Source: Asterias rubens (lineage: Eukaryota). From it: a DNA stretch of 64,000 nucleotides. Shown in pieces: positions 39,144 through 48,721 of this stretch (the stretch's first letter is position 1; the number at the start of each line of letters is the position of its first letter). The DNA lies in contig NC_047071.1 of the NCBI RefSeq assembly GCF_902459465.1, positions 13,330,001-13,394,000 on the forward strand, in the 5' to 3' direction. Under the pieces are notes generated by a model. The model had not been told where the DNA came from and searched no databases. It saw nothing but the letters and a program-made list of their open reading frames with translations. The position numbers and the translations under genes were made by a program.

Positions 39144-39385
39144 TGCCCAACTTCATAGAGCTGCTTAAGCAAAAAATTTTGCTTAAGCAAAACAATCTTT
39201 GCTTTGTAAAATCAGATTACCGGCTGAGACTCCACTCAATTGTTATGCTAAGTAAACAACAGCTAAATATTAGTCACAAGCAACGTACATGGCATGAAAT
39301 TTTTGCCAGTAACATGTGTAAAATAAGCAAGCTATTTTCGTGCTCAAGCAAATATTTTGCTTAAGCAGCTCTATGAAATTGGGCC
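39144..39385. mobile_element. Harbinger-like MITE with CTG TSD, nested in an older element (about 38890-39535, related to 44110-44480)
   Basis: TIR (T/G)GCCCAA(C/T)TTCATAGAGCTGCTTAAGCAAAA; relative at 62729-62995 (CAG TSD); fragments at about 1238-1270 and 21800-21950. Confidence 0.75.
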
Positions 39386-40322
39386 CTGATATTGTTTTCC
39401 ATAACCACATAACTGCAAAGTGAAATTATTCTCAACATATTTTAAACTATCAAAAGCTGCAACATACATCTTACCAATAAAATTAAGCTTTTATGAACAT
39501 TAATTAAAAGAGTGCAAAACGTATACCTTCCTTTAAAATAGTTTGTATCAACAGTATTACAGTTTAAAAGTTATTGCTGGCATTGCTTTGCTGATTACTG
39601 AGTTATTGTTGTTTCACCCTGTAATCAATTGTAACTATGGTAACTGTCTGTTTTGATAATTTGGCATCCATTAATATGAGCTTCATGTATTGCAAACATG
39701 GCGCATAACTGATTAATGTACACTATTCTTGTTATTAACTCTTAAAGTTCAATTTCAGTCATTAAATTGTATGTATTACTTGAAATCGCTTGAACTGAAA
39801 TAAAAATGCATAATATTTTTAATTAAATTACTATGTGATCATCCTCCTTCGAGTCCGAGCATGAATCTTGAAAAAAGGCCCAACATCTCTCGGCAAATAC
39901 AACCAGGGCTCTTTTTCAGGGCCTAAGTTATTATTATAAAAAAAAACTCAACAACCCCTGTGTCACAATAGGTCAGAATGTGTACAATGTACCTCTTTTC
40001 CTTGGCTGTCAAATCTTATATTATTAAATGCCTACAAGGTTTCAATAAGACCGACGATCTTAGTGGGTTGTACCACAAATTGAATTCCTCTAAAATGTCG
40101 CATAACCCAATGTGCAGTCTAGTCTGGTACCCTGACTGCGCAAATGAGTTTTAGAACCAAACATTTTATTCTAACCGCAAGTTGTCGCAACTCTCAAAAA
40201 TGCACAGCCCCGAACCACTGTTTGCAGACGGCATCGTATGAACGGTTGTGGGCAGTTGATTCACATTACGGTTAGACCGCGTGTCCGGACGTGTCCTTGT
40301 ACTGCAATAGCCTACCAATACG

Positions 40323-40435
40323 TAGACTTGTGGACAAGTCGTTAAATCGGCCCACGCGCTGAGATAGTGGTCTCGCGAGATCACTGCTCTCGTGCCAGCG
40401 CGTGGGGCCGATTTAACGACTTGTCCACAAGTCTA
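40323..40435. mobile_element. 113-bp palindromic MITE
   Basis: TAGACTTGTGGACAAGTCGTTAAATCGGCCCACGCGCTG and its near-perfect reverse complement; TA at both ends. Confidence 0.65.
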
Positions 40436-41329
40436 ACCAATACGGTACTCATGCGGCCATACTGAGACAGGCAGGTACCGGAAAGCACGACACAACGACG
40501 CATTTCAGCTATACATGCCTACAGTCGAGATGTTGACCTATCAAACATGGAAATAGAAACAAGTTTGTAGGATTTTAAATACATGCAACATCTTGTACTC
40601 GTTGTTGACCAATAAGCACATGTTGTATTTTGTAGAGACAAGTCAAACTTTTCAAAAGAGAAGTTGTCAAGTCCCACACTCATGAAAAATGTTTGCTTGT
40701 TCATTTATTTTAATCAACATTGGTCTTAAACTGCCTTAACGTTTAAAAAAACCTTAAAATAAAAACAAATTCTCTGAAAACATGACATAATATATTTTAT
40801 TAAGGTTGGACCCCCCCCCCCTTTTCGCACCAATTGTACTTTGTTTTACTTACACATTATAAACTAGTGTTACCGAGGCTGGAATGGCTTGACCGAAATT
40901 AAAAAAATAATATTAAACCACAGAAATTTGTTCATGGAAACGGAGAGCAAATCTGTAAACACTAGAAAACCAAAGTTTTACCATATATATTTATTGGTTA
41001 TAATTATTATTGTATTCATTAAATTTTCGGTGACGTCGGCTTTCTGTTGACTTTGACGAACCGATAAAACCCTTTCTACCAGATCATTGAATTCTTCTGT
41101 GGTCAGAGGTGACGTATATATTGAGGGGGCAATGACAAATATAGGAACCGAGATATTTGTGTCACCCCCGGATTGAGACCAACCATAGGAAACAAACAAA
41201 TAGCTCAAGGTTTTAAACACAATTAAACATTCCAACTTTACGCATAGTTGAAAACAGCCGCCTCCGCAGAACAAGTTATGACAGATATTAAGTTGAGAAG
41301 ATCATTAAGTGAGTCGGCTTAGAAAGAAA

Positions 41330-41840
41330 AAGTTAGGAAAATTAAGCAGTTCACGAATAATTTACAGTTTGGAAATACAGTCCAGAAGAGATGTCAACAT
41401 TATCATCAACGAAGCTGACGAAGAGATATTGTGCACGGAAAGATGTGGACTAGGCCTACTATTACAGTTGAAGAACAACCTACAGTTTGAAAATTATATT
41501 CAGTCGAAAAAAGATATCGCCACAGAATTAAAGAAGTCGCATTAAGAGACAGTTTGGGAAAAACACAGTTGACGAAGAGATGTCGAGGAAAGAGACGAAC
41601 AACTTACAGTGTTAACAATCAATCGAGGAGAGATGTTACCACACCATAAACGAATGTCGCTTTGAGAGAACCAAACCGTTTTGAAAGAAAAACAGTTGAA
41701 GACGAAAAACTTTAGTTTTGAAAATAATATAACCAGTCGAGAAGAGATGTCACCACATCATCAAAGAAGTCGATTTTAGAGAACAGTTTGGAAGACAAAA
41801 ACAGTTGACGAAGAGATATCGTGATAAGATGTGGACTAGT
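41330..41840 (+). repeat. Degenerate tandem repeat upstream of and including the start of IgSF receptor B
   Basis: Recurring ACAGTT(T)GGAAGAC/AAAACAGTTGACGAAGAGAT blocks; AAGATGTGGACTAG occurs at both 41440 and 41826. Confidence 0.7.
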
Positions 41841-43616
41841 TTTGCAGCAGTGGTGCTGCTCGCTGCGGTGACTTTCCAATTTAAAAGTGCTGAAGCAATT
41901 ACATTGGAAGAAGGCCCTCAAAGTCAGATCTTTGCTCAAGTTGGCGAAACTGTCATCTTCAGTTGCGATTTTCGTGACGTCGGTGAGAGGACAGTTTATT
42001 GGTACTATAGGGAGGCCAGACTCTATTTGAGTAACAATAGAGTTATCTACCGGCGGGTACCGGACGCCTTGAAGTCTCGACTGTCCGTTATTGGCGATGT
42101 GAACTTAGAACAATTCAACTTGAGACTGGCAGACGTCAGGGTGTCAGACAGCGGGATTTATTTTTGCCAATATGCATTTAAAGGAGGTTTGGCTACGAAT
42201 GCTGGGAGCTCTAACCTCACAGTGTTCAGTCCACCTAGTCCCCAGTCGCCGGTGTGCAGTGTGGAGTCAGGAGCGGTTACCTACGAAGTGGGAGACACTG
42301 TGCTTCTAAAATGTGAAGCCGTAGCTGGTAACCCACCACCTCAAGTTGCTTACAGGAGAGCCATCTCAGATGAGGTCTTGGTCGGGCCCACTGCTTCTTA
42401 CATAGCATTTCAATACCAACTGCGTGCTGAAGATAATGGCATGGATTTCATCTGCGCCATGACGACCCCCGCCTTAAAGGAGGCGAGACAGTGCTCGGTA
42501 CAACCACTGAGGATTCTACCCACAGCTCTAGTCACGCCCTCATCGTCGGCCGTCTTACAAGGGGATGGAACATCTTTGTTTTGCGATGGATATGGAGAAC
42601 CGAGTATTGGTTATGGATGGTATATACAGAATACCAACACTGGGGGAAATCTCCCTCAGGATCGCTACATGGTATCCGACGATAGAACATCAGTGGTGAT
42701 TCCTGACATACAAGAAGACATCACAGTGATTTGTGTTGTTACTACACCTAATGGACTAGCGGCCAACTCAACAGCTTTGGTTATATTAAATGAACAGGCG
42801 AGTACAATGTTGAGTACAACTAAAGAACAAACGACTTTTTCGGACATTGTGTCGACTGACACAAATTCGACCGTACCGACTGAACTAAACGCTACCCAGC
42901 AGTCCACCGCCGGCTCTGAACTCAGCACCACCCGGCAGCCCATCACCTCCCCTGCAGAAGCCCCAATACCCATCACGCTAATCATCGCCACCATTTCAGC
43001 AACTCTTGTTCTATTCTTTGCCATAACAATTGTCATATTATGCTGCATGTGTCGTAGGAGAAACAAGAGGTCAATACCTCGTGAGGACTATCCAATGACC
43101 GAGCGAGGAAATACCTATGAGGAAATTCCTAATAAACCTCACAAGGAGCAGTCGAGCAACTTGGAGGCTCAAACTTCTGCAGGGCAGTCGACCAACTTGC
43201 ATCTGTCCTCACCTGCAAGTACCCCATCAGCTAACCCTGTATACGCATCCCCTAATAAGCCTAGACGTGGTGTACCTCAAACTGCAGATGCAGACTTGTT
43301 CTTCCCAAAGTCATACGTTCCTTTGTACGCAACTCCCAATCGCATCAGAAAGCCAGCGACTGATAACAAGTCTATACCGACAGACGGCTTATACGCGCAG
43401 CCCACTCCTCGTTCAAAGAAGAAACTACTGTCGACTGTATTGTGGGGGCTTGATAAGAATGGGTACAGTATTGTCAAGAGGGATGACGTTGGGGAGCCAG
43501 ACTCTGGTGTTGTGTATGCTGATTTGGAAATGAAGGCTGGTGCTTCTGGAAGCTCGAAAGACTTGGCGGCAAGTCCAGTTAAGGAACAGACAGTATACGC
43601 CCAGATTCTCTCATGA
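41829..43616 (+). CDS. Single-exon type-I IgSF receptor B (595 aa from ATG 41829), paralog of A, with S/T-rich stalk, YxxP cluster, ITIM (VVYADL) + ITSM (TVYAQI)
   Basis: Uninterrupted ORF; the track start at 41805 is TTG, and the first ATG opens a signal peptide MWTSFAAVVLLAAVTF. V-set FSC..VYW..FNLRLADVRVSDSGIYFC; C2 LKC..GNPPP..AEDNGMDFIC; third Ig LFC.GYGEP.IGY.W..IC; TM ITLIIATISATLVLFFAITIVIL then CCMCRRRNKR. Confidence 0.92.
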   Translation: MWTSFAAVVLLAAVTFQFKSAEAITLEEGPQSQIFAQVGETVIFSCDFRDVGERTVYWYYREARLYLSNNRVIYRRVPDALKSRLSVIGDVNLEQFNLRLADVRVSDSGIYFCQYAFKGGLATNAGSSNLTVFSPPSPQSPVCSVESGAVTYEVGDTVLLKCEAVAGNPPPQVAYRRAISDEVLVGPTASYIAFQYQLRAEDNGMDFICAMTTPALKEARQCSVQPLRILPTALVTPSSSAVLQGDGTSLFCDGYGEPSIGYGWYIQNTNTGGNLPQDRYMVSDDRTSVVIPDIQEDITVICVVTTPNGLAANSTALVILNEQASTMLSTTKEQTTFSDIVSTDTNSTVPTELNATQQSTAGSELSTTRQPITSPAEAPIPITLIIATISATLVLFFAITIVILCCMCRRRNKRSIPREDYPMTERGNTYEEIPNKPHKEQSSNLEAQTSAGQSTNLHLSSPASTPSANPVYASPNKPRRGVPQTADADLFFPKSYVPLYATPNRIRKPATDNKSIPTDGLYAQPTPRSKKKLLSTVLWGLDKNGYSIVKRDDVGEPDSGVVYADLEMKAGASGSSKDLAASPVKEQTVYAQILS

Positions 43617-43680
43617 TGCAACTTGAATTTGAGCTTGATGCGTCAAGTCATCAAATCGGGTACTAAAGTCAGACTTTGTT

Positions 43681-44063
43681 GAAGGCATGCAGTGGACACT
43701 ATTAGTATTACTCAAACTATTTGTTAGCGTAAGACCTCACTTGGTAACAAGTAAATGGGGACAGGTTGATAGTATAAAACATTGTGAGAAACGGCTCCCT
43801 CTGTATCGTAGTTTCCGAGAAAAGGAAGTAATTTCCACGAGTTTGATTTCTAGACCTCAGAATTAGATTTTTAGGTCTCGAAATCAAGCATCTGAAAGCA
43901 CACCACTTCGTGTGACAAGGGTGTTTTTGTTTTCATTATCATCTCGCAACTTCGACGACCAATTTTGAGCTCAAATTTTCACAGGCTTGTTATTTTTTGC
44001 ATATGTGTTGAGATACACCAAGTGGAAATGCTGGTCTTTGACAATTACCAATAGTGTCTTTAA
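43681..44063 (+). mobile_element. TTAA-type MITE, family A
   Basis: Homologous to 19935-20291. Confidence 0.7.
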
Positions 44064-44748
44064 ACGGAAAAAGGTAAATTATCACAAGCCTTTAAATAAC
44101 AAGTTATGTTAAAGGCAAAGTAGGCCCTTTTTTAACTGTCGATTGTTCTAATCCTTAACAAAAATGTGGATTTTATTTAACATAAAACTAACCTGTTAAA
44201 ATTTCATTTCAAAACCTTATCAGTCGCGTTTTTGAGATCCGGGTGAATGTAATATGTCCACGCAGGAAAATACAACCACAGAGGAACACGTAATCTGATA
44301 AACGTTACGGACAGTAACCCTTCTCAGATTCAATCGGGGAACATAACCACTACATCGAAATGAAATGTTTCTCAAAATGCTTGATACCATCTTACTCTAT
44401 GATACCATTAATAGCTGCTGTATATAGCTTCTTATATAATTTATCCATTGCCATTAATTTTAAGAGTGATTAAGGTGTATCTCCCTTAAGTTTTGTTTTT
44501 TTAAGCTATATCAGGCGAATTGATTCTGGGGACCGCATGGATTTTCTTTTGACATTAAGAAACTTAATCAAAGTGAGATTAAACAAACCTAAAATGATGA
44601 TTGATCCTTCCGAAAATAGTATGGGCAAGTAGCGCCGGTTACATGGTTAAAAAACTATTGTTCATTTACACACTTGCGTTTTCTTGTGAAAGTGGTTCTA
44701 TTAATAAACTATTTAACAAAATCACTAATATTATACATGCTCAATGTC

Positions 44749-45127
44749 TTAAAGGAACACGTTGCCTTGGATCGGTCGAGTTGGTCTTTGAAAAGCGTAT
44801 GTAACCGTTTGTTATAGAATGCATAATATTTTAAAAGTAGAATATAATGATCCACACAAGTATCACTCGAAATTGCATGGTTTTCCTTTTACCTCGTCGA
44901 CAAACAGGGTTGGCCATTTATGGGAGTCAAATTTTTTGACTCCCATAAATGGCCGACCGTGTTAGTTCGCAAAGTAAAAGGAAAACCACGCAATTTCGAG
45001 GCAAATGTGTTTGGATCATTGTGTTCTACTTTTTAAACATCTTTTTAACCATATGCATTTTATAACAAACGGTTACAAACGCTTTTCAAATACCAACTCG
45101 ACCGATCCAAGGCAATGTTTCCTTTAA
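44749..45127. mobile_element. TTAA-flanked, almost fully palindromic MITE (family C)
   Basis: TTAA|AGGAACACGTTGCCTTGGATCGGTCGAGTTGG...CCAACTCGACCGATCCAAGGCAATGTTTCCT|TTAA; central GGCCATTTATGGGAGTCAAA/TTTGACTCCCATAAATGGCC hairpin. Confidence 0.75.
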
Positions 45128-47331
45128 ATTGTGCGTGGAACAGTGGGAATTTTATTAAAAAAAGAACTTGGCGGCCATTTCTGTTGTGGTGCGTTTATGA
45201 ATAAATAAATCAATCAATCACGAATACTTTGGTTTGGCAATCCAATTGTAATTTCATCTGCATACGATTGTTGTACAGACATTCTTTAAATTGTTAGTAA
45301 ATTCTTCTTCCACTTGACTAAATTTAACTGTGAAAACAATCCTATAAAACCACTGGTTCCTGACCGTGGCACAAAAGGGGAAGTTAATCAAGCAAGGAAT
45401 GACCAAATTCCAATACAATTTATGTTTCCTGTTAAGTCATTGACCAGGATTTAGATGTAGCCTGCCGCTATGGTTTGTGCATTTTTGTTAGTCATTTCCT
45501 ACTTGTTATATATATATAGACCATTACAAATCTATAGTTGTGTGGGATGAACAACAAACGTATATACAGCAACAAAGTACACGGATGAAAATTTTGTTCG
45601 AACAGTTTGCAAATTTGACTGAAATTAACTGGAAAAGCAGACTCAATGTTTATAAACTTTCAAGTAATAAATACATTGGTGAGTTTCTGCACTTTGATTG
45701 GTCGAAGACTGGTAAAGTTTGACGTTTTAACATGTGATATGGAGACCACTTCTACGAACTTGCAAAAAAGGTGGCCCCTAAACAAGCACATGTGTTGCGT
45801 AAAAGCTTATGCGCATTATGTTATGCAGAGAACTGAATTAAACAACAAAACTTTCATTAACGCGAATCAAAATGCATCATTTACCCTCGATATCATCAAC
45901 AAAGTCGAGGTTGTCAAAGGCAAACTCAAAGCAATGGGACGAGGCCCGATATTGAATCAAACGTAGAGACACTACAAAAAAGTATCACATCACAAACCAA
46001 CAGTGATTCATACACAAACACCACCGGAAGGAACGCACAATTCCAAAACACGGGCATTATTCAACAAGGATAAAATATTATATGAGATGTTAAATCTCTA
46101 AATCTCTTAGCTACCGGGCAACCTCGGTATAGTATAATTGGTAAGACACCTCTAGAATTGCAAGGGTCGTGGGTTCGAATCCCACCCGAGTAACATGCCT
46201 GTGATATAAATTATCAAATTTGTTTTAGTGATTTCGTTCAAGTTGGTCTTTAATAAAAAGAAACATAGAAGTGTAGGCATATAAAGGATACATACAGCAG
46301 TTGTGTCCAAAGATTCCATTAATCTTGTCCAGTTCTGCAAAAATAAATTATGTGTGTATAAAAGGAATTTCGATTGCTGACGTCACGGACAGGATTTCCT
46401 GTTCATTACATGTACTTCCTTATACTGAGGAGAAAACTTTGAAATAAAAAACTCACATTATTCTGAGAGACCTTATTTTTGTATTATTCTTGTAAAATAT
46501 CAACATTTTGTTTATTATTACTGTGTGCTCATAACAATATATTCCATTTTCCATGATACAGATTTGAAGGTTCAAAGGGAACGTATTATACGTTTGGTAA
46601 TCACTGTGAAACTTAATGGCAATAAAAACTTGTAAACATTTGCACCTTTAAACTCTGATGTAACAGTTTCCAAACTACTTCACCAAGGTTATACTTTACA
46701 AAGAGATCAAAAGACAAGTTGGTTGTTTAAAGGCATTGGAAATGTTTGGCAATAACCCAAAATATATATTAGCATTAACTTACTTGGTAATGAGCAAGGG
46801 AGAGCTAGCGATAGTATAAACCCTCTGAAGAAATGTAGCTTTTCAGAAGGAGGTGGTTTTCACTAAAATATTATTTGAATCTGAGAAAGACTTCTGGCAT
46901 CAAGCTTCTGGCATCAAGTGTGTGGTAGGTAGGTTAAGAATGTTTGGTAGCTGTACCTTTGCCAAGTAATCCCAGTTTATCCTGAAACCTTCATTTGAAA
47001 TGAAATACTTATACCAAATATAAAAATATCAATCACTGAATGCCATGCATCTGCATTCATACATTTGATTGAATTTGTATAATTATTTGGGTAATTTATA
47101 TAACAAAATTTGACATTAAAATTATCAATAAGCCATTTTTATACCATTCGGTATGTAATAAATTTGTTGTTGGACTCTGAAAGGAGTTGAGCAATATGGG
47201 TCCATATGTAATCAACCCAAGGTTTAATCAATCCATAGTTTAGGTAAACCAAGTCAATAAGGAATACATATTGATCAATCCATGGTTTAATCAATCCATG
47301 CTAAACCAACCATAACTCATACCTTCAACCA

Positions 47332-47820
47332 GGATTACAGCTTAACCTTTGTCAGCTAATAAACAGGTTTAATTAATCCATACTTTAAAGTCAAAAGGGA
47401 TTACAGCTTAACCTTTGCCAGCTAATAAACAGGTTTAATTAATCCATACTTTAAAGTCAAAAGGGATTACAGCTTAACCTTTGCCAGCTAATAAACAGGT
47501 TTAATTAATCCATACTTTAAAGTCAAAAGGGATTACAGCTTAACCTTTGCCAGCTAATAAACAGGTTTAATTAATCCATACTTTAAAGTCAAAAGGGATT
47601 ACAGCTTAACCTTTGCCAGCTAATAAACAGGTTTAATTAATCCATACTTTAAAGTCAAAAGGGATTACAGCTTAACCTTTGCCAGCTAATAAACAGGTTT
47701 AATTAATCCATACTTTAAAGTCAAAAGGGATTACAGCTTAACCTTTGCCAGCTAATAAACAGGTTTAATTAATCCATACTTTAAAGTCAAAAGGGATTAC
47801 AACTTAACCTTTACCAGCTG
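47332..47820. repeat. 66-bp minisatellite, 7 full units plus a partial
   Basis: GGATTACA(G/A)CTTAACC starts at 47332, 47398, 47464, 47530, 47596, 47662, 47728 and 47794; units near-identical. Confidence 0.95.
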
Positions 47821-48172
47821 TACTGTACAGATTTAATGAAACTTTAGGTTTTTTTTTTACTTGATATTAAAATAAAATATTCCTCCTCTTAAAGTGATCT
47901 CTTTTAACTGGCACTTCCCACGTGGCATCGAAAAAACTTTGGTGATCCTAAGCTACGCAGTAGCAAACAGTTGTATGGCTTCTGACTGGCACATCAGAAC
48001 AAATATATTGACAACATAGGAAGACTGCCAACATAGGTCTACATAGGTCAGCTGGTAGAGCACATGCACTTAAAACTAGAGGACACAGGTTCAAATCCCA
48101 CTCTAGTCAATACCAGTGCAAATCCTACTGAGTCAACACCAGTCAATGTCATTGCCCCCTAACAAAGATATT

Positions 48173-48376
48173 AGGGACTTTTCGTTTTCGACGACGGATG
48201 GTTCTGCGACGGTTGTTCAGCTAAACGTTGTCGTTTTCAGCACAACAAAGACTCATCCCATGTACTGTCGTAGAAATTGAGGGACGACCGTCCTCAAAGC
48301 CGACGCATGCGCAGATGACGCCAAATGTCATCTTTGCCGTCGCAGAACCATCCGTCGTCGAAAACAAAAAGTCCCT
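48173..48376. mobile_element. MITE with about 40-bp TIRs and ATT TSD, inserted into a SINE
   Basis: AGGGACTTTTCGTTTTCGACGACGGATGGTTCTGCGACGG and its near-perfect reverse complement; removing it restores the SINE sequence CAAAGATATTGACGAAATAGGGAGAC seen at about 16545-16570. Confidence 0.75.
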
Positions 48377-48500
48377 ATTGACGAAATAGGGAGACCGCCA
48401 ACACTGGGCTGGATAGCCAAGTTGGTAGAGCATCGGTGCGTTAATCCAGAGGACAATGCTTCAAATCCCGCTCCAAGCAGTTTTTCTTTGTTCGACCCCA
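48377..48500 (+). mobile_element. tRNA-derived SINE (family S2)
   Basis: GGATAGCCAAGTTGGTAGAGC...TTCAAATCCC; relatives at 16550-16680, 20740-20840, 22400-22530(-), 48030-48115. Confidence 0.6.
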
Positions 48501-48721
48501 AATTACTGGTTAATTAATCCATGATTTAATCTATAGGGATAACCAGGCCTGTATGCTTGGTTTTTGAAAGGGCAAGGGCATCAAGGTATTTTATTCCTTG
48601 ATAAAGGACACCCTTTTAGGAAATTGTAACTTTCTACTCGAGCATTTCAGGGGCACCAAGGCAAATACCAGGGGCATTGAGGCACTCGCCTTCATTGCCT
48701 CCGTGAAGTATCGGGCCTGGA

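Noticed and set aside
30973-43616. Ig genes nested in an HSD17B4 or pygopus intron
   Set aside because: HSD17B4 stops at 48722 and the pygopus CDS starts at 25901; there is no evidence for a spanning intron.
33166-44480. Same order of MITE families after both Ig genes as evidence of recent segmental duplication
   Set aside because: The proteins are far too diverged for flanking MITEs to be co-inherited, and these families are abundant throughout the window.
45646-45966. ORF containing VVKGKLKAMG, resembling the SCP2 GKLK motif
   Set aside because: Wrong strand for HSD17B4; the real terminal exon (48722-48811, ending AKL) was found; no other homology recognised.
46110-46205. tRNA-like sequence (also 20740-20830, 48040-48115, 48410-48480)
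   Set aside because: A/B boxes are present but there is no canonical anticodon arm, and the copies continue into shared SINE bodies.
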